NCBI GenBank assembly: GCA_033764015.1
Contig: JANRJK010000014.1
Coordinates: forward strand, 32,001 to 96,000
Reading direction: 5' to 3'
DNA from: Candidatus Sumerlaeia bacterium
Lineage (GTDB): Bacteria > Sumerlaeota > Sumerlaeia > SLMS01 > JANRJK01
DNA: 64,000 nucleotides
The position numbers and the translations under genes were made by a program. Shown here piece by piece: positions 30,983 through 40,065 of this stretch; within the stretch, counting starts at the first letter, position 1; each line of letters opens with the position of its first letter. The notes under the pieces were generated by a model. That model did not search any database, was not told the origin of the DNA, and worked only from the letters and a program-made list of their open reading frames with translations.

Positions 30983-32821
30983 GTGACGAACTACATCCCC
31001 ACCGGTAACGAGTACATCGCCCTTCCGACGGTCCGCGAACGCGACGCCGCGGTCGAGTCGGTCAACGTGGTGCTGGCGAAGCTGGACGGCCTGCTCGAGA
31101 TCGAGGGGCGCGGCGGGCGCCCGTTCCTGGTATGCGAGGGCGCCGCGCGCGAAGCGGGCGAATGGCGCTGGGACTTCGCGGAGGACTGGGTGCCGCGGTT
31201 CCGCCACGCGCGCGACGAGCGCCTCGGCGGCCTGCTTTGCGCGCCGCCGGACCAGCGCTTCGTGATCTACCGCGCGCCGGAGCAGCGCGCCCGCTTCACG
31301 CTCTCCGTCGGCAGGCTTTTCCAGACGATCAACGTGCGCCACGAGCTGCCCGACTGGACCTGCCGCGTCGCGCCGTTCAACTGGTCGTGGACGCCGGGCG
31401 TGGTGGTGGACTTCTTCGCGGGGGGCCTGCTGCTGAGCATGAGCCTGCGCTCGCCCGGCGGCGCGCGCTTCCGCCTCCTCGCGCCGGACGGCGCGGCGAG
31501 CGATCTGGCCGACGGCGCGGCGGCATTCGAGACGCGCGAGGGCTTCGAAATCGAGATCGAGTGCCTCGGCGAGCCGGACCTGGTGCTCGGCTTCGGCCTC
31601 TCGCGGGTGGGCGCGCGCAGCGCGGACCTGGAAGCGGGCCGCGTCGCCGCGGACCAATGGATCGCGCGGACGCTCGACTGGCTCGCGGCGCGCGCCGTCT
31701 CGGCGCCGGGCGACGAGGCGCTCACCCGCGCCGCGAACCGCAACGGCCACTTCGCGCGCTTCTACGCCATGGCGCGGACCCTCGACACGAGCGAGGCGGT
31801 CTCCATGACCTCCCGCAGCCACCGCTACTACGTCTCCGCGGCGTACTGGGACCGCGATTCGCTGCTGTGGCTCTACCCGTTCCTGGTGCGGAACGACGCG
31901 GGCTGGGCGGCGGAACTGCTCGGCTACGCCTTCGGGCCGCAGCTCCGCCACGCCGGCATCCACAGCCGCCAGATCGGCGGGCAGGTGCTCGAGTACGGCT
32001 TCGAGCTGGACGAGCTGTGCGCGCCGCTTATCGCCGCGGGCGAGTGGATGCGGCTCTACCCGGAGGAGCCGCTCTTCGACGACGCACCGTTCGCGCGCGC
32101 GCTCCTCGAGCTTCTGCAGCGCCTCAAGTCGTGGCGCGTCGAGCGGCTCGGGCTCTACGAGACGGAGCTGATGCCGACCGACGACTTGATCGTCGAGGGG
32201 CGCGGCGTGCTGTCGTACAACAACGCGCTCGTCTTGCGGGCGCTGCGGCTGCTGCTCCCCTGGGCGGAGCGCCACGCCCCGTCACAATCGGCGTGGATGC
32301 GCCGCGACATCGACGAGATCCCCCGCGCGGTGCGCCGCCACCTGGTTCGCGACGGCGTGTTCCAGTGGGCCGTGGACGCGGAGGGGAACGCGGAGTTCTA
32401 CGACGAGGCGGCGGGGAGCCTGCTGCTGCTGCCGTACCACGGGCTCTGCGCCGCGGACGATCCCGCGTATCTCGCGACGGTTTCGCGGCTGTACTCCGAA
32501 GCCTACCCGTACCGGCTGGCGGGGCCGTTCAGCGAGCTCGGCAACCGGCACACGGAGGGCCGTCCGCATCCATGGGTGCTGAGCGCGTGCAACAGCGCGC
32601 TCAGCGGCGTGCGCCGCTCGGAGGGCCTCGACTTCCTCCGCCGCGCGCGCATGGACAACGGCGTCGCCTGCGAAAGCGTCAACGTCGAGACCGGCCTGCC
32701 GGAGACCGGACACCATTTCGCGACCTGCGCGGGCTTCGTGGCCCACGCGATCGCCGTCGGCGCGGGCGCGCCGGACGCGCCCGAGGAGGGGCGCCTCCTC
32801 GAGGAGGCGGCCCGCCCATGA
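30983..32821 (+). CDS. Six-hairpin glycosidase, GH125-like, no signal peptide
   Basis: YWDRDS, FELDELC, PTDD, YDEAAGSLLLLPYHG, CES and HF motifs parallel GH125 W.RD / YELDSL / PSDD / DDAN.PSLL.LPY / HES. Confidence 0.75.
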   Translation: MTNYIPTGNEYIALPTVRERDAAVESVNVVLAKLDGLLEIEGRGGRPFLVCEGAAREAGEWRWDFAEDWVPRFRHARDERLGGLLCAPPDQRFVIYRAPEQRARFTLSVGRLFQTINVRHELPDWTCRVAPFNWSWTPGVVVDFFAGGLLLSMSLRSPGGARFRLLAPDGAASDLADGAAAFETREGFEIEIECLGEPDLVLGFGLSRVGARSADLEAGRVAADQWIARTLDWLAARAVSAPGDEALTRAANRNGHFARFYAMARTLDTSEAVSMTSRSHRYYVSAAYWDRDSLLWLYPFLVRNDAGWAAELLGYAFGPQLRHAGIHSRQIGGQVLEYGFELDELCAPLIAAGEWMRLYPEEPLFDDAPFARALLELLQRLKSWRVERLGLYETELMPTDDLIVEGRGVLSYNNALVLRALRLLLPWAERHAPSQSAWMRRDIDEIPRAVRRHLVRDGVFQWAVDAEGNAEFYDEAAGSLLLLPYHGLCAADDPAYLATVSRLYSEAYPYRLAGPFSELGNRHTEGRPHPWVLSACNSALSGVRRSEGLDFLRRARMDNGVACESVNVETGLPETGHHFATCAGFVAHAIAVGAGAPDAPEEGRLLEEAARP

Positions 32822-32832
32822 TCCCCGCAACC
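32816..32832 (+). repeat. 17-bp direct repeat, copy 2 (CCATGATCCCCGCAACC)
   Basis: See copy 1; the pair brackets the GH125-like gene. Confidence 0.6.
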
Positions 32833-32877
32833 CACCACCCTTCGCCCAACACCCCTTCTCCCAGGAAAGGAGACCAC

Positions 32878-33639
32878 ATGAAACGCGCACTTCTTACGAC
32901 GGTGGCATCCCTCGCGGCGCTGCTCGCACCGTTCTCGGCGGCGGCCACGGTCGTCGCCGCGGACGACGCCGGGCAATCCACGTACAACTCCGGCTTCGAT
33001 CCCGGCATGGACGGCGGCACCGGCTTCGGGCCGTGGACGATCACGCAGGAAGCGAGCTCGGGCCGCTTCGTCGGCGACTCGACCACGAACGGGTTCACCG
33101 GCGGCGGCGGAATCAACTCCGGCACGACGCCGCGCGCCTGGGGGCTTTACGCCAACACCGGCACCCTCGCGACCGCCTCGCGCACGCTGGACGCTCCGCT
33201 GGTGGCGGGCGGCGCGATCCGCATGTCGATCGACAGCGGCTTCGTCGCCGGCGGCGGCGTGGTCGGCTTCAACATCCGCAACTCTTCGGACCAGGACCTG
33301 TTTCAGCTCCGTTTCGCGGGCGGCGACGCCTCGTGGAAGAAGACCGACGCGGGCGGCGACGCGGACACCGGCAACGGTTTCAGCAGCGACGGCTTCGACC
33401 TCGTCCTCCGCATGACCTCCGCGACCACCTACTCGGCGACCTTCACCAAGGTCGGCGACGCGGTCGGCACGCCGTTCACCGGCACGTTCTCGAACCCCGC
33501 CGGAGGCCAGTCCGCCACGATCATCCGCTTCTACAATTTCAACGCCGGCAGCGGCAGCACGAACGACATGTTCTTCAACAAGCTCGAGGTGGAGGAACCG
33601 CCTCTGGCCAGCGTCTCGAACTGGGAAGCCTACGAGTGA
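32878..33639 (+). CDS. Secreted beta-rich protein of unknown function with C-terminal ASVSNWEAYE tail
   Basis: AAGGAG RBS; Sec signal MKRALLTTVASLAALLAPFSAAA; whole body is paralogous to the C-terminal domain of the next gene. Confidence 0.85.
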   Translation: MKRALLTTVASLAALLAPFSAAATVVAADDAGQSTYNSGFDPGMDGGTGFGPWTITQEASSGRFVGDSTTNGFTGGGGINSGTTPRAWGLYANTGTLATASRTLDAPLVAGGAIRMSIDSGFVAGGGVVGFNIRNSSDQDLFQLRFAGGDASWKKTDAGGDADTGNGFSSDGFDLVLRMTSATTYSATFTKVGDAVGTPFTGTFSNPAGGQSATIIRFYNFNAGSGSTNDMFFNKLEVEEPPLASVSNWEAYE

Positions 33640-33707
33640 CGGACACCACCGGGGCGCCTCCGCGCGCGCCGGGAAGAGGTACCCTCCTGCCAGGGGGTGG
33701 CGGAGCG

Positions 33708-36176
33708 ATGCGCAGCAGGACATGCAGCTTCGCCGCGAAGGCGTTGCGGAGGACCGCGGGGGCCGCGCTCGCGGCGCTCGCGGCCTCCGCCGCGCCGACG
33801 GCAGCCCACTCGCTGGGCACGGAACCGCGGATCGCCCGCGTCTTCCTCGAGAAGGCCTTCGTCGCGCCGGGCGAGTCGGGCGGCGTCTTCGTGCGCCTGG
33901 GCGACGCGGGGTCGCTCGCGCCGGGCGACACGCTCCGCTTGGCGGTCTTCCCGGCGGACGGCTCGCCGCTGCACGCGGAGAGCCGCGCGCCCGCCGGGGA
34001 GTTCACCGACTTCACGATCCCCGCGGGGCTGCCGGAGGGCGGGCACCGCCTCGAGGTGGCGCTGCTCCGCGGGGGCGCGGAACTCGGCAAGGTCGAGCGC
34101 GTCCACTCCGTCGTGGCGGACATCGCGGACGATGTGCGCTACGGCTTCTACACGAACTTCGGCGCCTTCGGCGGCGACTACACCGAGAAGACGAACATCC
34201 TCGTCGAGGCGGGCCTCAACGCGGTCGAGTACTACGACTGGTTCCCCGCGCACGGCGACTACACACCGGAGGCGCAGACGTATCCGCAGGAGCCCTTCGG
34301 CCAGGTGATCGAGCTGCGCGACGTGCAGGGGAAGATGGAGCAGGCGCGCGCGAAAAACATCCGCAACATCGCGTACATCGCCGCCTACGCCGCGGTGCCG
34401 CGCATCGCCAACGCCATCCCGGGGAGCAAGCTGACCACATCGTCCGGCGAGCCCGTGGTGTTCTACCAGGGCTCCGTCGCCCCGCAGAGCCAGCTCTCCG
34501 GCGTGTGGTTCAACCTGACGGCGTTCGCGCCGGGCACCTCCTGGCGCCCCGTCCTCTGGGACGAATTGACGAACGCCCTCGACCTTGACGACTCGGTGTC
34601 GTTCGATGGCTTCGAGTTGGACACCTACGGCTGGAACGAGCCGTACCACTCGGCGGGGAGTCCCTTCAACGGGACGCCGATCATGGAGATGCTGGCCGAC
34701 CTAACCGGCGATGTGCGGGGGCTGACGCGCTCGATCAAGCCCGGCGGCCTCACCACGCTCAACACCATCGCCGAGGTCGAGATCGAGCGCTTCTACGAGA
34801 AGGTGGATTTCCTCTTCGTCGAAAATTGGGCGTTTCACAAGCCGCGCTACGACGCGGTGGCGCGCATGGTGGCGTCGAACCACTCCGCATCGGGCAAGCG
34901 CTTCGTCAGCAAGTGCTACCCGGCCGACATGGAGGGCGGGCGCACCATCTGGCCCGTGGAGAATTTGACGCTGTTGCTGGCGGCGCACCTGTACGGAGGC
35001 GGCAGCTTCATGGTCGCCGGCGAGCCGCGCGAGGCCACGGGCCAGATCGGCGGCTTCAACTCGCTCTACTACCCCGACAACCTGCCGCAGCCGGAAGAGA
35101 ACCATCGCGCGATCCGCAACTACAACACGCACGACGCGCTGCTGTACGGCCTCAACCACGGGCCCGAGGTGCGCCTCCGCGCCACGGAGCCGCCGCTTCC
35201 CGGTGCCATGGCGATGTCGTACCTCGGCGCGGGGGGCGCGGCGACCTGGTGCCTGCTGCGCCTCGACGGCGCGGACGAATGGACCCGTGAGACAGCGCCC
35301 GCCAGCGAACTGGCGGAGGTCGAGGCGACCGTGACGCTGCCGAACGGGTTCGCGCCCAGGCAGGTAGTGTACGGCACGCCGGACGACGACGCGCTGGTGT
35401 TCCACCGCGCGGTCGACTGGTCCGTCGCCGACGGTCGGCTCACGGCTCGGCTGCCGAAGCTGCGGCGCTTCGGCTCGCTCATCGCCTTTCCGTTCCCCGT
35501 GGACGAGCGGCTGCGCGACGCTGCGTCGCTGGCGGAGCACGCGGGCGGCTGGGCGGGCGCGTGGCGCTTCGGAGGGGTAGGCGGCGGAGCGGGCGTCTTC
35601 ATCGGCGACTCGCGCAACAACGGCGGCGCGGAGCGCAACGACGACTGCGACATCAACACGGAGCGACGCGCGTGGGCGCTGTTTTCCGGCGCCTCCGGGC
35701 TGGTGGACGCGCAGCGCGACTTCCCCGCGCTCGAGGAGGGCGAGTCGCTCCGCCTCCTGATGGACAACGGCTTCGTGCTGCCGGGCGGCGCCGTGGGCTT
35801 CGGCCTGCACAACGCGCAGGGCGGGCGGCTGCTGGAGTTGTTCTTCCGCGGTGGCCAGGCGTCCTACATCGTGTTCGACGCGGCTGGCGAGAGGCTGAGC
35901 GGAATCCCGTTCACCGACGAGGGGCTCGACATCGAAGTGACCATCGGCGCAGCCGGCGCGTACTCGATGCGGGTGGTGCCGATCGGCGCCGAGTCGGGGA
36001 CGCGCACCGTTTCCGGCTCGCTGATGGCGCCCGCCGGCGGGCAGGCGGCGGCGACGTTGCGCCTGTTCAGCTTCGCCGCGGGCGTAGGCCCCGCACACGA
36101 CGCGTACTTCAACGATTTGTCGATCTATCGAGCGGCGCCCGCAGGGGCCGGGGTGGATTCGTGGCTGCTCTTCTGA
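33708..36176 (+). CDS. Secreted GH66-like (dextranase/CITase-like) enzyme + C-terminal accessory domain + AGVDSWLLF tail
   Basis: RYGFY, NAVEYYDWFPAH, FDGFELDTYG and FLFVENW align with GH66 RYGFL / N..QFYDW..H / FDG.H.D / Y.E.W; N-terminal signal. Confidence 0.75.
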   Translation: MRSRTCSFAAKALRRTAGAALAALAASAAPTAAHSLGTEPRIARVFLEKAFVAPGESGGVFVRLGDAGSLAPGDTLRLAVFPADGSPLHAESRAPAGEFTDFTIPAGLPEGGHRLEVALLRGGAELGKVERVHSVVADIADDVRYGFYTNFGAFGGDYTEKTNILVEAGLNAVEYYDWFPAHGDYTPEAQTYPQEPFGQVIELRDVQGKMEQARAKNIRNIAYIAAYAAVPRIANAIPGSKLTTSSGEPVVFYQGSVAPQSQLSGVWFNLTAFAPGTSWRPVLWDELTNALDLDDSVSFDGFELDTYGWNEPYHSAGSPFNGTPIMEMLADLTGDVRGLTRSIKPGGLTTLNTIAEVEIERFYEKVDFLFVENWAFHKPRYDAVARMVASNHSASGKRFVSKCYPADMEGGRTIWPVENLTLLLAAHLYGGGSFMVAGEPREATGQIGGFNSLYYPDNLPQPEENHRAIRNYNTHDALLYGLNHGPEVRLRATEPPLPGAMAMSYLGAGGAATWCLLRLDGADEWTRETAPASELAEVEATVTLPNGFAPRQVVYGTPDDDALVFHRAVDWSVADGRLTARLPKLRRFGSLIAFPFPVDERLRDAASLAEHAGGWAGAWRFGGVGGGAGVFIGDSRNNGGAERNDDCDINTERRAWALFSGASGLVDAQRDFPALEEGESLRLLMDNGFVLPGGAVGFGLHNAQGGRLLELFFRGGQASYIVFDAAGERLSGIPFTDEGLDIEVTIGAAGAYSMRVVPIGAESGTRTVSGSLMAPAGGQAAATLRLFSFAAGVGPAHDAYFNDLSIYRAAPAGAGVDSWLLF

Positions 36177-37522
36177 CGCGGCGGGAGTTCACGCGCCTGG
36201 CGCTGGCGGCGCTCGCGCTCCCCACGGTCGCGTGCGTGGGGCGGCAGGAGGAGCGCCGCCCCGACGGGCGCCTCGTGATCCACTACTGGGAGAAGTGGGA
36301 GGACTTCGAGAAGGAGGCGATGGGCGCCGTCGTCGACGCCTACAACGCCTCGCAGGACCGCGTCTTCGTCAACTACCTCAGCACCGGGCAGATCGACCAG
36401 AAGCTGCTGCTCGCGACCGCGGGCGGCAATCCGCCGGACGTGGCGGGGCTTTGGGCGTGGCGGCTCTACACCTACGCGGAGATGGGCGCGCTCGAACCGC
36501 TCGACGCGCTGATGCGCCGCGACGGCCTCTCCACGGACGATTACCTGCCCTCGATCATCGAGCAGTGCCGCTACCGCGACTTCACCTGGGCGCTGCCGAC
36601 GACGCCCGCGACGCTCGCGCTGCACTACAACCGCGACCTGTTCGCGGAGGCGGGCCTCGATCCCGACAAGCCGCCCCGCACCATCGCGGAGCTGGACGCC
36701 GCCGCGGAGCGCCTCACGAAGCGCGGCCCCCGCGGCGCCATCGACCAGCTCGGCTTCAGCCCCACGGAGCCCGGGTGGTGGAACGACCGCTGGGGCTACT
36801 GGTTCGGCGGCGACCTGCTCACCCCCGACGCGCGCCGGGTGACGATCGACTCGGCGGAGAACATCGCCGCCTACGAGTGGGTGCGCTCCTTCCCGCAGCG
36901 CTACGGGCGCGAGGAGATCCAGCTCTTCCAAGCCGCCGGCGGGCAGTTCAACTCGGCGCAGAACCTCTTCCTCTCGGGCAAGGTGGGCATGGTGCTCCAG
37001 GGGCCGTGGATGGCGACCTTCGTCGACAAGTTCGCCCCCGGCCTCAACTGGGGCGTGGCGCCGTTCCCGGCGGTGTCGGAGGCGATGGACCCGGTGACGA
37101 TCTGCGAGGCGGACGTGCTGGTGGTGCCGAAGGGCTGCCGGCACCGCGAGGAGGCGTGGGCCTTCATCAAGTTCACGCAGCGCCCGGAGAACATGGAGCG
37201 GCTCTGCCTCGGGCAGCGGAAGTTCTCGCCGCTGCGCAGCGTGTCGCCCGATTTCGCCGCGAAACATCCGCACCCGCACATCGGCGTGTTCCGCGGCCTT
37301 GCGGAGTCGCCCAATGCTAAGGGAGCGCCGGAGTCGCCCGCGTACAGCGAGTACCGCGACGAGATCAACTACGCGTTCGACCTGCTTTGGAACCTGAAGC
37401 AGGAGCCCGCCGCCGCGCTGGCGGAGGCCGCCCGGCGCACGCAGCCGAAGCTGGACCGCCGCAACGAGCAGTGGGACCGCATCGCCGCGCAGCGCCGCCG
37501 CGAGTGGGAGGGCGGATCGTGA
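36161..37522 (+). CDS. Sugar ABC transporter substrate-binding lipoprotein (probable Tat signal)
   Basis: TRREF..LALAALALPTVAC; KLLLATAGGNPPDVA; LEPLD; LHYNRDLFAEAGLDPDKPPRT; FLSGKVGM..QGPW; EAWAFIKF. Confidence 0.93.
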   Translation: MAALLTRREFTRLALAALALPTVACVGRQEERRPDGRLVIHYWEKWEDFEKEAMGAVVDAYNASQDRVFVNYLSTGQIDQKLLLATAGGNPPDVAGLWAWRLYTYAEMGALEPLDALMRRDGLSTDDYLPSIIEQCRYRDFTWALPTTPATLALHYNRDLFAEAGLDPDKPPRTIAELDAAAERLTKRGPRGAIDQLGFSPTEPGWWNDRWGYWFGGDLLTPDARRVTIDSAENIAAYEWVRSFPQRYGREEIQLFQAAGGQFNSAQNLFLSGKVGMVLQGPWMATFVDKFAPGLNWGVAPFPAVSEAMDPVTICEADVLVVPKGCRHREEAWAFIKFTQRPENMERLCLGQRKFSPLRSVSPDFAAKHPHPHIGVFRGLAESPNAKGAPESPAYSEYRDEINYAFDLLWNLKQEPAAALAEAARRTQPKLDRRNEQWDRIAAQRRREWEGGS

Positions 37523-38400
37523 CGAACCGCGAACGGGCGCACCTGCGCGCGGGACTGCTCTTCGTTGCGCCGTGGCTCACCGGCCTCGCGCTGCTGATCG
37601 CGCTGCCGACGGCGATGACGGTGTACTACAGCTTCTGCGACTACTCGGTGCTCAAGGAGCCGGTCTTCATCGGGCTGGCGAACTACAAGGACCTGGCGAA
37701 GGACCCGGTGTTCCTCAAGTCGCTTTGGAACACGGGGTTCTTCGCGTTCTTCGCGCTGCCGCTGGGGACGTTGTTCGCGATTTTCCTCGCGATCCTGCTG
37801 AACCAGGACATCCCGGCGCGCCCCGTCTTCCGCACGATCTTCTTCCTGCCGTCGTTGGTGCCGCTGGTGGCGCTGGCGATCCTGTGGCAGTGGATGTTCA
37901 ACGGGCGCTTCGGCGTGATCAACCACGGGCTGTCGAAGCTCGGCGTCGACGGGCCGAACTGGCTGGGCGACACGACCTGGGCGAAGCCCGCGCTGATCGC
38001 GATGGGCCTTTGGGGCGTGGGCCACGCGGTGGTGATCTACCTGGCGGGGCTACAGGACATCCCGAAGTCGCTCTACGAGGCGGCGCGCGTGGACGGCGCG
38101 GACTGGTGGCAGCAGACGCGCCACGTCACGCTGCCGATGCTGTCGCCGGTGATCTACTTCAACCTGCTGATGGGTTGCATCGGCGTGCTGCAGGTCTTCG
38201 CGGTGCCGTACATCATGACCGGCGGCGGGCCGGCGCGCTCGACGCTCTTCCTCACGATGTACCTCTACGACCAGGCGTTCGTGTACCTCAACATGGGGTA
38301 CGCGTGCGCGATGGCGCTGGTGCTGTTCGCGCTGATCGCGGGGCTCACGTTCGCCGCGCACAAGCTCGCGGGGAGGCACGTGGTCTATGGCGGCAACTAG
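37519..38400 (+). CDS. Carbohydrate ABC transporter permease 1
   Basis: LFVAPW, FIGLANY, FRTIFFLP, YLAGLQDIPKSLYEAARVDGA (EAA loop); GTGA overlap with the SBP stop. Confidence 0.95.
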   Translation: MTNRERAHLRAGLLFVAPWLTGLALLIALPTAMTVYYSFCDYSVLKEPVFIGLANYKDLAKDPVFLKSLWNTGFFAFFALPLGTLFAIFLAILLNQDIPARPVFRTIFFLPSLVPLVALAILWQWMFNGRFGVINHGLSKLGVDGPNWLGDTTWAKPALIAMGLWGVGHAVVIYLAGLQDIPKSLYEAARVDGADWWQQTRHVTLPMLSPVIYFNLLMGCIGVLQVFAVPYIMTGGGPARSTLFLTMYLYDQAFVYLNMGYACAMALVLFALIAGLTFAAHKLAGRHVVYGGN

Positions 38401-39235
38401 CCCTTCCCGCCCCGGGCGCCTCGTCTCCGCCGCCTCCACGGCGGTGCTGGCGCTGTTCGCGGGGCTCTTCCTGTTCCCCTTCGCGTGGATGGTCACCACG
38501 TCGTTGAAGGAGCTGCCGCAGGCGATGCGGATGCCGCCGCAGTGGATCCCCGATCCGGTGCGCTGGGAGAACTTCCTCGAGGCGACGCGCGCGATCCCCT
38601 TCTGGAGCTACGCGGTCAACACGCTGACGCTCTGCGTGCTGTGCGTGGCGGGGACGGTGGCGAGCTGCCTGCTCGCGGCGTACGGCTTCGCGCGCATCCA
38701 GTGGCGCGGGCGCGAGGCGCTCTTCGCCGCGACGCTCGCCACCATGATGATCCCCTTCCCCGTGATGATGGTGCCGCAGTACGGCATCTACCGCTCGCTC
38801 GGGTGGATCGGCACCTCGCTGCCGCTCTGGGTGCCGGCGTTCTTCGGGTCCGCTTATTCGATCTTCCTGATGCGGCAGTTCCTGCTCACGATCCCGAAGG
38901 AGCTGCAGGAAGCGGCGGAGATCGACGGCGCCTCGCAGCTCCAGACGTTCCTGCACGTGATCCTGCCGCTGTCGCGCCCGGTTGTGACGGTGGTCGCGCT
39001 GTTCACGTTCATGGGCGTGTGGAACGACTTCATGGGGCCGCTCATTTACCTGACTGACCAGCGCGATTTCACGCTGGCGCTGGGGCTGCAGCACTTCCAG
39101 AGCAAGCACGGCGGCACCGATATGAACCTGCTCATGGCCGCCTCCACGCTCGTGGTGCTGCCGATCGTCGTCCTGTTCTTCTTCACCCAGAAAACCTTCA
39201 TCGAAGGCATCGCCGTCACCGGCATCAAAGGCTGA
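38387..39235 (+). CDS. Carbohydrate ABC transporter permease 2
   Basis: PFAWMVTTSLK, AAYGFAR, IFLMRQF..IPKELQEAAEIDGA, WNDFMGPLIYL, FIEGI..TGIKG. Confidence 0.95.
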   Translation: MAATSPSRPGRLVSAASTAVLALFAGLFLFPFAWMVTTSLKELPQAMRMPPQWIPDPVRWENFLEATRAIPFWSYAVNTLTLCVLCVAGTVASCLLAAYGFARIQWRGREALFAATLATMMIPFPVMMVPQYGIYRSLGWIGTSLPLWVPAFFGSAYSIFLMRQFLLTIPKELQEAAEIDGASQLQTFLHVILPLSRPVVTVVALFTFMGVWNDFMGPLIYLTDQRDFTLALGLQHFQSKHGGTDMNLLMAASTLVVLPIVVLFFFTQKTFIEGIAVTGIKG

Positions 39236-39252
39236 CCCACAAGGAGACCACC

Positions 39253-40065
39253 ATGACCCGCCGCACTACGATTCATGCGCTCGCCGCGATGCTCGCGCTT
39301 GCGACCGCCGGCTCCGCCGCCGCCCAGGCGGACGTAACGCTGCTCTACGACGACACGGGCAACCCGATGCCGCTCGCGCAGGTGTCCTTCGTCTCGAACT
39401 TCGATCCCGCGACGGGCGCCTATTCGCCTAGCTGGAACGGCTACTTGCGGCTTCGGATGCACGACGACGGCCAGCACGGCGACGGCGCCGCGGGCGACGG
39501 CGTGTGGGGCGCGCGGGTGAAGGTCGCACCGGGCGGCAAGCAGCTCTACGAGTGGGCTACGGACGACAACGCCGACGGCTCGGACGGATGGCTGGGGCCG
39601 TGCCCGCCGTTCTACGTGGAGGACGCCTCGCCGAAGACCGTGCGCGGCTACTCGATGCCGGAGGAGGCGCGCCTGTCGGCGGCGGGCTTCGCGGCGAAGC
39701 ACGGCGTGGACCTCTCCACAGCGCGAGCCCCGCAGCGGCTCGCGGACGGCAAGCGGGTGCTCTTCACCTACAAGGCGCCGGAGGGCGCCAAGCGCGTGTT
39801 CCTCGCGGGGGACTTCAACAACTGGGCGAAGAACGACGGCGGCAACGTCCGGGATGGCCGCGCGGCGATGTTCCCCGCTGGCGGCGGCGTGTGGTTCCGT
39901 ACGGTCGAGTTGGACGCGCCGGCGGCCTCGTACAAGTTCGTGGCGCAGATGCCGGACGCGTCGTTCAAGTGGAGCGCGGACCCGTTCGTCCCGCCCGCGG
40001 AGGACGGCGGCAACAGCCGCATCGAGCCCGCACAACTCCCACGCACCGGCACTGCGACACCATGA
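39253..40065 (+). CDS. Secreted protein: choice-of-anchor X-like (DDG..GD..AGDGVW) + CBM48/glycogen-binding-like module, no catalytic domain
   Basis: Signal peptide; MHDDGQHGDGAAGDGVWGA; VLFTYKAP..VFLAGDFNNW..YKFV..W.ADP. Confidence 0.8.
   Translation: MTRRTTIHALAAMLALATAGSAAAQADVTLLYDDTGNPMPLAQVSFVSNFDPATGAYSPSWNGYLRLRMHDDGQHGDGAAGDGVWGARVKVAPGGKQLYEWATDDNADGSDGWLGPCPPFYVEDASPKTVRGYSMPEEARLSAAGFAAKHGVDLSTARAPQRLADGKRVLFTYKAPEGAKRVFLAGDFNNWAKNDGGNVRDGRAAMFPAGGGVWFRTVELDAPAASYKFVAQMPDASFKWSADPFVPPAEDGGNSRIEPAQLPRTGTATP
39463..39515 (+). repeat. 53-bp near-identical repeat (second copy at 40251-40303) encoding DDGQHGDGAAGDGVWGAR
   Basis: 52/53 identical by manual comparison. Confidence 0.8.
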
